Positions 13,528 through 22,989 are shown, counted from the stretch's first letter. The stretch: 64,000 nucleotides of DNA from Pseudomonas aeruginosa PAO1 (GCF_000006765.1 NC_002516.2), one strand, 5' to 3'. A program made the numbers and translations. Notes: generated by a model from the letters alone, not told the origin.

Positions 13528-13647
13528 CAGGCATAAGCGGCGAACACAACGGTCTAACCAGGCACGCTTTTCCTTGCCCGGGCGCATTGACCCGCCCGGC
13601 GCGCTTTCCCATGCTGCGTCCTTCCAATCTGCCCGAAGGAACGCTGC

Positions 13648-14925
13648 ATGAAACTGGAAACCCTGGCCGTCCACGCCGGCTACAGCCCTGACCCGACCAC
13701 CCGCGCGGTGGCGGTGCCGATCTACCAGACCACCTCCTACGCCTTCGACGACACCCAGCATGGCGCCGACCTGTTCGACCTGAAGGTACCGGGCAACATC
13801 TACACACGGATCATGAACCCCACCAACGACGTACTGGAACAGCGCGTCGCGGCGCTGGAAGGCGGGGTCGGGGCGCTGGCGGTGGCCTCGGGGATGGCGG
13901 CCATCACCTACGCGATCCAGACCGTCGCCGAGGCCGGCGACAACATCGTCTCGGTGGCCAAGCTCTACGGCGGCACCTACAACCTGCTGGCCCACACCCT
14001 GCCACGCATCGGCATCCAGGCGCGCTTCGCCGCCCACGACGACGTCGCCGCCCTGGAAGCGCTGATCGACGAGCGGACCAAGGCCGTGTTCTGCGAAACC
14101 ATCGGCAACCCGGCGGGCAACATCATCGACCTGCAGGCACTGGCCGACGCCGCTCACCGCCACGGCGTGCCACTGATCGTCGACAACACGGTAGCCACCC
14201 CGGTGCTCTGCCGGCCGTTCGAGCACGGCGCCGACATCGTCGTGCACTCGCTGACCAAGTACATGGGCGGCCACGGCACCAGCATCGGCGGGATCGTGGT
14301 CGACTCCGGCAAATTCGACTGGGCGGCGAACAAGTCGCGCTTCCCGCTGCTGAACACGCCCGATCCGTCCTACCACGGCGTCACCTACACCGAGGCCTTC
14401 GGACCCGCCGCCTTCATCGGCCGCTGCCGGGTGGTACCGCTGCGCAACATGGGCGCGGCGCTCTCGCCGTTCAACGCCTTCCTCATCCTCCAAGGCCTGG
14501 AGACCCTGGCGCTGCGCATGGAGCGCCACTGCGACAACGCCCTCGCCGTGGCCCGCTACCTGCAGCAGCATCCGCAGGTGGCCTGGGTGAAATACGCCGG
14601 CCTCGCCGACAACCCCGAGCACGCCCTGGCCCGGCGCTACCTGGGGGGCCGCCCGGCGGCGATCCTGTCTTTCGGCATCCAGGGCGGCAGCGCCGCCGGC
14701 GCGCGCTTCATCGACGCCTTGAAGCTGGTGGTGCGGCTGGTCAACATCGGCGACGCCAAGTCCCTGGCCTGCCACCCGGCGAGCACCACCCACCGCCAGT
14801 TGAACGCGGAGGAACTGGCCCGCGCCGGAGTCTCCGACGACATGGTGCGGCTGTCGATCGGCATCGAGCACATCGACGACATCCTCGCCGACCTCGACCA
14901 GGCCCTGGCCGCCGCCGCACGCTGA
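13648..14925 (+). CDS. metY: O-acetylhomoserine aminocarboxypropyltransferase (sulfhydrylase)
   Basis: [19 protein letters not shown] and HSLTKY (PLP lysine) motifs; 425 aa. Confidence 0.93.
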   Translation: MKLETLAVHAGYSPDPTTRAVAVPIYQTTSYAFDDTQHGADLFDLKVPGNIYTRIMNPTNDVLEQRVAALEGGVGALAVASGMAAITYAIQTVAEAGDNIVSVAKLYGGTYNLLAHTLPRIGIQARFAAHDDVAALEALIDERTKAVFCETIGNPAGNIIDLQALADAAHRHGVPLIVDNTVATPVLCRPFEHGADIVVHSLTKYMGGHGTSIGGIVVDSGKFDWAANKSRFPLLNTPDPSYHGVTYTEAFGPAAFIGRCRVVPLRNMGAALSPFNAFLILQGLETLALRMERHCDNALAVARYLQQHPQVAWVKYAGLADNPEHALARRYLGGRPAAILSFGIQGGSAAGARFIDALKLVVRLVNIGDAKSLACHPASTTHRQLNAEELARAGVSDDMVRLSIGIEHIDDILADLDQALAAAAR

Positions 14926-15015
14926 GCGGATCGGTCAGTCCGGGCGAGCGTTTCGGTCCTTGCCCGGCCTGGCCGGCCGGCTAGTCTGGCTGGGATCCCC
15001 GACATGGAGAGCGCC

Positions 15016-15468
15016 ATGCCACTGCCCACCGAACTCGCCAGGCACCTGACCGAAGAAAAGATCGCCTTCGTCCAGCGCAGCGGACTCAGGGCGGAAGTCC
15101 TCGAACCCGGCTACGTGCGCCTGCGCATGCCGGGCGCCGGCAACGAGAACCACATCGGCAGCATGTACGCCGGGGCGCTCTTCACCCTCGCCGAACTTCC
15201 CGGTGGCGCGCTGTTCCTGACCAGCTTCGACAGCGCCCGCTTCTATCCCATCGTCAAGGAGATGACCTTGCGCTTCCGCCGTCCTGCCAAGGGCGACATA
15301 CGCGTCGAGGCACGCCTGGATGCCGAGCGCATCCGCCAACTGGAAACCGAGGCCGGGGAGCGCGGCAAGGCCGAATACAGCCTCGAACTGCAACTCACCG
15401 ACGAGCAGGGCGAGGTAGTGGCGGAAAGCGCCGCGCTGTACCAGCTACGCAGCCACGCGCGACCCTGA
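15016..15468 (+). CDS. Hot-dog fold thioesterase-like protein (PaaI/YiiD-C/DUF4442-like)
   Basis: NENHIGSMYAGALFTLAE hot-dog motif; ATG 15016 has GGAGA SD; 150 aa. Confidence 0.8.
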   Translation: MPLPTELARHLTEEKIAFVQRSGLRAEVLEPGYVRLRMPGAGNENHIGSMYAGALFTLAELPGGALFLTSFDSARFYPIVKEMTLRFRRPAKGDIRVEARLDAERIRQLETEAGERGKAEYSLELQLTDEQGEVVAESAALYQLRSHARP

Positions 15469-15503
15469 CTGGCAGATTTCGCAGGGCCCGGCGAAGGTTT
15501 TTT

Positions 15504-15517
15504 CTGCCGTGGATCAA
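15504..15517 (+). promoter_or_regulatory. Putative Anr (FNR-type) box
   Basis: CTGCC-N4-ATCAA versus consensus TTGAT-N4-ATCAA: perfect right half, weak left half, about 65 bp before the usp gene. Anr control of P. aeruginosa usp genes is recalled from literature. Confidence 0.5.
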
Positions 15518-15580
15518 GGTCCGTAGCGAGCTGCGGCGCGACAGTGGGGAAGCCAGCGTAGCCATCCCACGGAGTCCGCC

Positions 15581-16396
15581 ATGATCCGCCACCTCCTGGT
15601 CGCCCACGACCTCACCCCGGAAGCCGACGTCGCCCTCGCCCGCGCCGCCCAGTTGGCCCGCCAGCACGATGCGCGGGTCAGTCTGCTGCACGTGTACGAC
15701 CCGGGGCTATCGGCGTCGGCGGTGAAGACCGTCAGCGCCATGCTGCAACTCAAGCGCAAGGAGGCCGGCCTCGACGAGGACAGCGCCATCCACCTGTTCA
15801 GGGGCCAGCCGATCGACGGCATCCTGCAGCAGACCCGGGCGCTCGAACCGGACCTGCTGCTGATGGGCGCACACCACCAGAAGACCTTCGAACGCTTCGG
15901 CAACACCACCCTCGACCAAGTGGTGCGGCGCAGCCGGGTGCCGGTGCTGCTCGCCGTGCGCGAGGCGGACGAACCCTACCGCCAGGCGCTCAGCGCCCTG
16001 GACTTTTCCCAGTGCGCCTGTACCGCGCTGCGCCAGGCCTACCGCCTGCTGCCGGTGGAAGCCGACCTGCACGCCCTGCACGTGTTCGAGTCCCCCGACG
16101 ACGGCGTGCTCGGCCTGCCCCGGCAGAATGCCGCGCACCTGGCCACCCAGGCCGGGCTGATCGAACAATTGCTGAGCGACGAGCAGGAGCGCCTGCCGGG
16201 CGTCGGGCCGCAGCTGAGCCACGAAGTGGTTCCCGGCGTGCTGCCGTACAGCCTGGACGCCGCGTTGAAGCAGCGCCAGCCGGAGCTGCTCGCCCTCGGC
16301 CGGCACAGCCGAAACGCGCTGATGCAGGCGCTGCTCGGCAACCTGGCGCAGCGTTACCTGCGCCAGCCGAGCTGCGACGTCCTGGTTACCTCGTAG
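15581..16396 (+). CDS. uspO: Universal stress protein, tandem USP domains
   Basis: HLLVAHDLT start, DLLLMGAH..FG.T..VVR and LLALGRH..LLG....YLR..CDVLV motifs; 271 aa. The symbol is recalled for PA5027. Confidence 0.85.
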   Translation: MIRHLLVAHDLTPEADVALARAAQLARQHDARVSLLHVYDPGLSASAVKTVSAMLQLKRKEAGLDEDSAIHLFRGQPIDGILQQTRALEPDLLLMGAHHQKTFERFGNTTLDQVVRRSRVPVLLAVREADEPYRQALSALDFSQCACTALRQAYRLLPVEADLHALHVFESPDDGVLGLPRQNAAHLATQAGLIEQLLSDEQERLPGVGPQLSHEVVPGVLPYSLDAALKQRQPELLALGRHSRNALMQALLGNLAQRYLRQPSCDVLVTS

Positions 16397-16417
16397 AAGC
16401 GCTGCCGCAGAGGCTGC

Positions 16418-17185
16418 TCAGCTTTCGAGCAGCCCGTGCAACTCGACGAACTGCTGGGTCAGCTTGTGCCGCGGTTCGAGGAAGATCAGCGGGGTGCAAG
16501 CCTGGTGCGACTCGCGCATCTTCACCGAACTCATCAGGTACACCGGCAGCACCGGCAGTTCCTCCGCCACCAGCTCGTCGAGCAGTTGCTGCGGCAGGCT
16601 GGCGCGCGGCTGGAACTGGTTGACCACGATGCCCTCGACCTGCAGGTCTTCGTTGTGGTCGTCGCGCAGTTCCTCGATCTCCTGGAGAAGGCCATACAGC
16701 GCCTGGCGGGAGAAGCTGTCGCAATCGAAGGGAATCAGGCAGCGATCGGCAGCGATCAGCGCAGATACCGTGTAGAAATTCAGTGCCGGCGGGGTATCCA
16801 GGTAGATCCGGTCGTAGTCTTCGTCCAGTTCGTCCAGCAATTTGCGCAGCTTGTTGATCTTGTGCTTCGACTCCAGCTTCGGCTGCAGGTCGGCCAGTTC
16901 GGGGCTGGAGGTGACGATGTGCAGGTTGTCGAACGGCGTCTCGTAGATCTCGACCCTGCCCTTCTTGCTGAAGGGCCCGGAAGACAAGGTCTGCTTGAAG
17001 AAGTCGGCGATCCCCACCGGCAGGTCCTCGCCGGTCAGTCCGGTCAGGTAGTGCGTGGAGTTGGCCTGGGCGTCCAGGTCCACCAGCAGGGTGCGATAGC
17101 CCTCCGCCGCGCTGACCGCCGCCAGGTTGCAGGCGATGCTGGACTTGCCTACCCCGCCTTTCTGATTGAACACCACGCGCCGCAT
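16418..17185 (-). CDS. ParA/Soj-family ATPase (orphan)
   Basis: Deviant Walker [19 protein letters not shown], Walker [10 protein letters not shown]; 255 aa; no parB adjacent. Confidence 0.9.
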   Translation of the reverse strand: MRRVVFNQKGGVGKSSIACNLAAVSAAEGYRTLLVDLDAQANSTHYLTGLTGEDLPVGIADFFKQTLSSGPFSKKGRVEIYETPFDNLHIVTSSPELADLQPKLESKHKINKLRKLLDELDEDYDRIYLDTPPALNFYTVSALIAADRCLIPFDCDSFSRQALYGLLQEIEELRDDHNEDLQVEGIVVNQFQPRASLPQQLLDELVAEELPVLPVYLMSSVKMRESHQACTPLIFLEPRHKLTQQFVELHGLLES

Positions 17186-17275
17186 GGGAAATCTCCGTGA
17201 GCCGAGCCTGATCCCGGATGATAGGCAAAGCCGCGGGCAAGCGCGAGCGCCGTCTCGGTCCTGACATAGAGCGGT

Positions 17276-18181
17276 TCAGCGCCGGCGCAGGCTGGCCGCC
17301 TCGCGGGTCACCAGGTCGATGAAGGACAGCGCCAGCGGCGAGCCCTCGTTCTGCCGGCGGACCAGCCATACCGCAGTCGTCGCCTCGGGATCGCTCAGGG
17401 TGCGGTAGACCACGCCGTCGACCCGGGTGCGGCGGAACGACGCCGGCAGGATCGACACCCCCAGTCCGGCCGAGACCAGGCCGATGATGGTCATCGCCTC
17501 GCTGGCCTCCTGGGCGATGCGCGGGCTGAAGCCGGCCTGTCGGGTCAGGGCGATGACCTGGTCGTAGAGCCCGGTGCCGTAGCTGCGCGGGAAGAACACG
17601 AAGGGCTCCTCGGCCAGGGCGGCGATGGCCAGGCCATCCTCGCTGCCGGCCGCCAGCGGATGGTCGGCCCGCAGCACCGCCACCAGCGGTTCGCGGAACA
17701 ACTCCACCCAATGCACCGCATCCGGCAGCGCCAGCGGGCGGATCACGCCCACCTGCAGGCTTTCCTCGAGCAGCGCCTTGAGTACCTGGCGGCTGCTCAT
17801 TTCCTGCAGGTCGAGGTGTACGTCCGGATAGGCCTTGCGGAAGGCATGGATGCTGCTGGGTATGGTCGAGGTGAAGGGTGCCGAGGAAGTGAAACCGATC
17901 TTCAGCTCGCCCAGTTCCCCCAGGTGGGCGCGACGCGCCAGCAGCACCGCCTTGTCTACCTGGGCCAGCACCTGGCGGGACTCGTCGAGGAACAGCCGGC
18001 CGGCGTCGGTGAGTTCGACGCGGCGGTTGGTGCGCTCGAACAGGCGCGCACCGATTTCCTCCTCCAGCGCCTGGATCTGCTGGCTCAACGGCGGCTGGGA
18101 GATCCCCAGGCGCTCGGCGGCGCGGCCGAAGTGCAGCTCCTCGGCGACGGCGATGAAATAGCGCAGGTGCCTGAGTTCCAC
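17276..18181 (-). CDS. LysR-family regulator (YnfL/HcaR-like)
   Basis: LRHLRYF..VAEELHFGRAAERLGISQPPLSQQI HTH; GTG start with GGAGG SD; divergent from an MFS gene. Confidence 0.93.
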   Translation of the reverse strand: MELRHLRYFIAVAEELHFGRAAERLGISQPPLSQQIQALEEEIGARLFERTNRRVELTDAGRLFLDESRQVLAQVDKAVLLARRAHLGELGELKIGFTSSAPFTSTIPSSIHAFRKAYPDVHLDLQEMSSRQVLKALLEESLQVGVIRPLALPDAVHWVELFREPLVAVLRADHPLAAGSEDGLAIAALAEEPFVFFPRSYGTGLYDQVIALTRQAGFSPRIAQEASEAMTIIGLVSAGLGVSILPASFRRTRVDGVVYRTLSDPEATTAVWLVRRQNEGSPLALSFIDLVTREAASLRRR

Positions 18182-18356
18182 ACGGCCCCTCCAATTAGGT
18201 CTTTTTACATATCAATCGTGTCGATCAATATATTGGAAATCATATAAACCTATCTATATCCTTTGCCACATAACCTCCAACAACGACCCCTTGTCCCTGA
18301 AATCCAGGTGGCGCGGCCTCGTTGTGCCTGCTCGCCACCGTCCCCAGAGGTGCCCC

Positions 18357-19673
18357 GTGAGCAATCCGCAAGTCCGGCCACAGGCCGAAGAAGAACCCGC
18401 GTTAATCGAGGCGGCCCGCGAAGCAGCCAACGAGGTGCTGGAAGCCGCCACCGAAGTCGAACGCTATATCGAAAAAGGCACCCCGCAGTTCATGCGCACC
18501 TCCCTGGCGCTGTTCTCCGGCGGTTTCGCCACCTTTGCCCTGCTCTACTGCATCCAGCCGATGATGCCGGTGCTGTCCAAGGCGTTTTCCATCAGCGCCG
18601 CGGAAAGCAGCCTGGCATTGTCCGTCGCCACCGCCATGCTCGCCCTTGGCCTGCTGGTCACCGGCCCGATCTCCGACGCGATCGGCCGCAAGCCGGTGAT
18701 GGTCGTCTCGCTGCTGGCCGCCGCGCTGTTCACCCTCGGCAGCGCGGTGATGCCCACCTGGCATGGCGTGCTGCTGATGCGCGCGCTGGTCGGGCTGTCC
18801 TTGAGCGGCCTGGCCGCGGTGGCGATGACCTATCTCAGCGAAGAGATCCATCCGCAGCACATCGGCTTGTCGATGGGCCTGTACATCGGCGGCAACGCCA
18901 TCGGCGGGATGAGCGGACGCCTGATCAGCGGCGTCCTGGTCGATTTCATCTCCTGGCATGCCGCACTGGCGGTCCTCGGCGGCCTGGCCCTGGTCGCCGC
19001 GCTGGTGTTCTGGCGCGTGCTGCCCGAGTCGAAACACTTCCGGCCGGCACCGCTGAAGCCGGCGACCCTGCTCAACGGCTACCGCTTGCACTTCCGCGAC
19101 GCCGGACTGCCCTGGCTGTTCCTGATCGGCTTCCTGCTGATGGGCAGCTTCGTCACCCTGTTCAACTACATCGGCTACCGCCTGCTGGCCGAGCCCTACC
19201 ACATGAGCCAGGCGGTGGTCGGCGTGCTCTCGGTGGTTTACCTCTCGGGCATCTACAGCTCGGCCTGGGTCGGTTCGCTGGCCGACAAGCTGGGGCGACG
19301 CAAGGTGCTCTGGGCGGTCATCCTGCTGATGCTCGGCGGCCTGCTGCTGACCCTGTTCGAGCCGATCCCGCTGATGCTCGCCGGCCTGCTGCTGTTCACC
19401 TTCGGCTTCTTCGGCGCGCACTCGGTGGCGAGCAGCTGGATCGGGCGCCGCGCCCTGCGCGCCAAGGGCCAGGCCTCGTCGCTCTATCTGTTCAGCTACT
19501 ACGTCGGCTCGAGCCTGGCCGGCACCCTCGGCGGGGTGTTCTGGCATTACTACGGCTGGAACGGCATCGGGCTGTTCATCGGCTCGCTGCTGGTGGTCGC
19601 GGTATTGGTCTCGCTGCACCTGGCGCGCCTGCCGGCCCTGCCTGGCAACACCCTGGCGCAGCCCGCCCACTGA
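18357..19673 (+). CDS. MFS transporter, YnfM-like
   Basis: GPISDAIGRKPVM motif A, YLSEE, GLYIGGNAIGGMSGR; 12 TM pattern; GTG start at 18357 behind GAGG. Confidence 0.9.
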   Translation: MSNPQVRPQAEEEPALIEAAREAANEVLEAATEVERYIEKGTPQFMRTSLALFSGGFATFALLYCIQPMMPVLSKAFSISAAESSLALSVATAMLALGLLVTGPISDAIGRKPVMVVSLLAAALFTLGSAVMPTWHGVLLMRALVGLSLSGLAAVAMTYLSEEIHPQHIGLSMGLYIGGNAIGGMSGRLISGVLVDFISWHAALAVLGGLALVAALVFWRVLPESKHFRPAPLKPATLLNGYRLHFRDAGLPWLFLIGFLLMGSFVTLFNYIGYRLLAEPYHMSQAVVGVLSVVYLSGIYSSAWVGSLADKLGRRKVLWAVILLMLGGLLLTLFEPIPLMLAGLLLFTFGFFGAHSVASSWIGRRALRAKGQASSLYLFSYYVGSSLAGTLGGVFWHYYGWNGIGLFIGSLLVVAVLVSLHLARLPALPGNTLAQPAH

Positions 19674-19678
19674 GTTCG

Positions 19679-19700
19679 AGGCGCCGGTCTCCCGGCGCCT
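19679..19700. terminator. Hairpin between convergent MFS and SDR genes
   Basis: AGGCGCCGG-tctc-CCGGCGCCT abutting both stop codons; only short U-tracts. Confidence 0.6.
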
Positions 19701-20630
19701 TCACTCCGACCAGAAGCGTACTCCGGTCAGTTCTTCCGATAGCGCCCACAGCCGCGCGGCCAGCCCCAGGTCGCGCGCATTCCGCGGAATCCGCGCCGCT
19801 GCCGGATAACCGCGGGTTTCCAGCCAGCGATCCGGGCCGACATAGGCGCCGCCATACCAGCGCTGTTCGGTCAGCGCGGAAAGTGCCGGCAACGCCCCCA
19901 TCTCCGCCGATTGCGCGAACGCTCCGTTGGCCACCTTCATCGCCCAGCGTCCCAGGCGCGAACCGGACATCGCCGGTGCCGCGTACTGCAGGTTGGTCGC
20001 CGCGTAGCCCGGATGCGCCGCCAGGCTCTGCAGAAGCACGCCCCGCTGGCCGGCGCGGCGCTGCAACTCCAGGCTGAACAGCAGATTGGCCTGCTTGCTG
20101 TGGCAATAGGCGAGATAGCGGTTGTAGCCGCGCTCGGCGTTGAGGTCGTCGAGCGGCAGCCGGCCGAACTGGTTGAAACCGCTGGTCATACCCACCACCC
20201 TGGGCCGTGGAGCGGCCAGCAACGAGTCCAGCAGCAGTCCCGTAAGCGCGAAGTGGCCAAGGTGATTGGTGCCCATCTGCATCTCGAAACCGTCGCGGGT
20301 ACGCCGCAGGGGCAGGAACATCACTCCGGCGTTGTTGAACAAGAGATCGAGGCGTGCGTGGCGCTGACGGAAACCGGCGGCGCAGGCGCGGATCGAGGCG
20401 AGGTCGGCCAGGTCGAGATCGGCCAGCTCCAGGCGTGCCTGGGGATACTCGTCGAGGATCGCCCGCCGCGCCCGCTCCGCCTGTTCGCGATTGCGGCAGG
20501 CCATCACCACGGTCGCCCCTTTGCCGGCCAGCGTGCGCGCCGCCTGCCAACCCAGGCCGCTGTTGGCGCCGGTGACCAGCGCCAGGCGCCCGGCCAGTTG
20601 TGGAATGTTGCGTCGTGTCCAGGGATGCAT
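19701..20630 (-). CDS. Short-chain dehydrogenase/reductase (retinol-DH/WWOX-like)
   Basis: TGANSGLG, NNAG, GTNHLGHF and catalytic YCHSK; start reset to ATG 20630; 309 aa. Confidence 0.92.
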   Translation of the reverse strand: MHPWTRRNIPQLAGRLALVTGANSGLGWQAARTLAGKGATVVMACRNREQAERARRAILDEYPQARLELADLDLADLASIRACAAGFRQRHARLDLLFNNAGVMFLPLRRTRDGFEMQMGTNHLGHFALTGLLLDSLLAAPRPRVVGMTSGFNQFGRLPLDDLNAERGYNRYLAYCHSKQANLLFSLELQRRAGQRGVLLQSLAAHPGYAATNLQYAAPAMSGSRLGRWAMKVANGAFAQSAEMGALPALSALTEQRWYGGAYVGPDRWLETRGYPAAARIPRNARDLGLAARLWALSEELTGVRFWSE

Positions 20631-20741
20631 CGCTCGTTCTCCGCTTGACTGCGTTGCCGGGCAGTATTGCGGCACCAGCCAATGCAGCGGCAGACGCGCT
20701 CGCGCCAGACTGCCGATCATTTCGGGCCAGGACACGCCAGC

Positions 20742-21815
20742 ATGAGCCGCCGCACGGACTCCGACGCACCGACCATCACCGCTGCCTATCCGCGCCTGCT
20801 GCTCGGCCTGCTGGAGGAACGCGGCCTGGACGGACGTGCGCTGCTGCGGGAAATCGGTCTGTCGACGCTGCGACTGGAAGAGCCGGAAGCACGCGTCACA
20901 TCGCAGCAGTACCAGGCGATCGCCGCCACGGCGCTCGCGCTGAGCGGCGACCCCGACCTCGGCGCACAGCTCGCCTTGCGCACGCCTCCCACCGCCCATG
21001 GCAGCCTGGGCTACGCGATGATGGCTTCGGCGACGCTCGGCGATGCCTTGTGCCTGGCGCTGCGCTACATGCCGCTGCTGCAGGGCAACGTCGAAATCAG
21101 CCTGCTGCGCGAGGACGAGCAGGTGATCCTGCGCATGCTGCCAGGCCCCGCGCTCCCGCCGGCACTGCACCGGTACTTCAGCGAAGCCCTGCTGATCGGC
21201 CTGTATCGCTCCGGCGCCTGGCTGCTCGGCGAACCGGCCCTGGTCGGCAGACTCGACTTCGACTATCCCGAACCTGCCGTGCCTGTGCCGCTGCCGCAGT
21301 GCCGCTACGACCAGGCCCACGTCCAGCTGGTGTTCCCCGCCATCCTGCTCGCCCGCTCGCTACCGATGGCCGATCCGGCTGCGTTGCGCCGCGCCCGCGA
21401 ACACTGCGAGCGCGAACTGGCGCTGCTCGATGCCGGCCGCCGGGACATCTGCGCCCGCGTGCGGCTGGAGCTGGAACGCCAGGAACAGCGTTTCCCCAAC
21501 CTGGAGGAAGTAGCCGCGCGCCTGCACCTGTCCAGCCGCAGCCTCAAGCGGCATCTGCATGACGCCGGCACCAGCTTTCGCCAGTTGCTCGGTCAGGCTC
21601 GCCAGCGCCAGGCCTTGCGATTGCTGCGGCGTCCCGAGGTGTCGTTGCAGCGTATCGCCCTGTACCTGGGTTACAGCGATCCAACCAACTTCACCCGCGC
21701 CTTCAAGCGCTGGACCGGCGAGCCGCCGAGCGACACCCGCGCCCGCCTGCTGGGCGGGCAACCAGTTTCACGAACAAATGCCAAGCGCTCGACAAATCCC
21801 TCGCGTTTCCCTTGA
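20742..21815 (+). CDS. AraC-family transcriptional regulator (OruR-like N-terminal domain)
   Basis: HGSLGYAMMASATLGDAL N-domain; C-terminal double HTH (LEEVAARLHLSSRSLKRHL, IALYLGYSDPTNFTRAFKRWTG); divergent from the SDR. Confidence 0.9.
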   Translation: MSRRTDSDAPTITAAYPRLLLGLLEERGLDGRALLREIGLSTLRLEEPEARVTSQQYQAIAATALALSGDPDLGAQLALRTPPTAHGSLGYAMMASATLGDALCLALRYMPLLQGNVEISLLREDEQVILRMLPGPALPPALHRYFSEALLIGLYRSGAWLLGEPALVGRLDFDYPEPAVPVPLPQCRYDQAHVQLVFPAILLARSLPMADPAALRRAREHCERELALLDAGRRDICARVRLELERQEQRFPNLEEVAARLHLSSRSLKRHLHDAGTSFRQLLGQARQRQALRLLRRPEVSLQRIALYLGYSDPTNFTRAFKRWTGEPPSDTRARLLGGQPVSRTNAKRSTNPSRFP

Positions 21816-21888
21816 GCGCGGCAAGCGCTGTCCTATGCTGCTGCGGCCGGCATCCGGCCGGCCTCGACAGCGATATGAAAGGGACTTT

Positions 21889-22869
21889 ATGAAACCAGCG
21901 ATCAAGCGCGCCTGCCTGCTCGGCACGGCACTGTTCTCCCTCTGCGCCAGCGCAGCCCAGGCGGCCGGCGTTCTGGTAGGAACCTGGGACCTGCGGGGCA
22001 ACGGCCAGCTCGCCGCGGTCTACCGCGACGGCGCCAACCTGCAGGTGGTGGAAGGCGGCAGCACCCGCAACTACAGCTTCGGCAACGTGGTCTGGTCGGT
22101 CTTCGGCGCCACCGATACCGACGGCCAGCCCGGCGCGGAAATCCTGGTCAAGGCCGGTCCCGACCTGGTGATCGTTTCCCACGCCAGCACCACCCAGCGC
22201 AAGTACCCGGTAGGCAACGTCTCCTGGGCGATCATGCGCGCCACCGACGTCGACAACGTCGCCGGCGACGAAGTCATCCTCAGCATCGGCAACGGCGTGC
22301 GCACCGTATTCGATCGCACCCGTACGCAACGCGACGCCACCTTCAGCTACAACGGCACCTGGGGCCTGTTCGACGTCGCCGACGTGGACGGCGCGCCGGG
22401 CAAGGAACTGGTGCTGAACATGGGCAACGGCGTCAAGGTCATCGACCCGCGCACCAGTGGCGCCAAGGACTTCACCTTCAGCGGCTACCACGCGCTCGCA
22501 CAGATCGCCGACCTCGACGGCCAGCCCGGCGCGGAGATCATCGGCCGCACCAGCACCGGCATCTACGTGATCAGCAACGCCAGTTCCCGCAAGGAATACA
22601 GCATCGGCGCCAGCGCCTGGGCACTCTATGGCGGCACCGCGGACACCGACGGCAAGCCGGGCAACGAGCTGATCGTGGTGATGCAGGGCAAGGTGCGGGT
22701 CATCCACCACGCCAGCGGCGCCAGCAGCGACTACCGCATCGGCGACGTCAACTACAGCATCGATTCGGTGGCCGATATGGATGGCCAGCCGGGCGCGGAA
22801 ATCCTCGTGCGCGACGCCAACGGCAAGCTGTTCGTGATCAACGACCGCACCGGCAAGGTAAGCAGTTGA
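21889..22869 (+). CDS. Secreted FG-GAP/VCBS-like repeat protein, predicted beta-propeller
   Basis: Sec signal peptide (AQA cleavage); six repeats of about 43-45 aa, each with D-x-D-G/N-x-x-G-x-E, plus one degenerate N-terminal unit; 326 aa. Confidence 0.8.
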   Translation: MKPAIKRACLLGTALFSLCASAAQAAGVLVGTWDLRGNGQLAAVYRDGANLQVVEGGSTRNYSFGNVVWSVFGATDTDGQPGAEILVKAGPDLVIVSHASTTQRKYPVGNVSWAIMRATDVDNVAGDEVILSIGNGVRTVFDRTRTQRDATFSYNGTWGLFDVADVDGAPGKELVLNMGNGVKVIDPRTSGAKDFTFSGYHALAQIADLDGQPGAEIIGRTSTGIYVISNASSRKEYSIGASAWALYGGTADTDGKPGNELIVVMQGKVRVIHHASGASSDYRIGDVNYSIDSVADMDGQPGAEILVRDANGKLFVINDRTGKVSS

Positions 22870-22883
22870 GCCGGGCGGGTTGC

Positions 22884-22916
22884 GTAGGGCGGGTACGCCA
22901 CCGGCGCGACCCCGCC
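22884..22916 (+). repeat. Degenerate REP-like element
   Basis: GTAG followed by imperfect palindrome GGCGGGTACGCC-acc-GGCGCGACCCCGCC in the gap between convergent genes. Confidence 0.4.
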
Positions 22917-22951
22917 AGCCAACGCGCCGGAGGGCCGTCGGCCCGCGCATG

Positions 22952-22980
22952 AAAAAGGGGAGCCTCGGCTCCCCTTCTTT
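22952..22980. terminator. Bidirectional intrinsic terminator
   Basis: A5-GGGGAGC-ctcg-GCTCCCC-TTCTTT between the convergent propeller gene and hemE. Confidence 0.88.
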
Positions 22981-22989
22981 CGTTCCGGC

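Noticed and set aside
14643-14648. G6 run in metY as a phase-variation tract
   Set aside because: Too short for a contingency locus in a high-GC genome, and the frame is intact.
20671-20686. Possible sigma54 site between the SDR and AraC genes (GGCACCAGCCAATGC)
   Set aside because: GG-to-GC spacing is 11 nt rather than the required 10.
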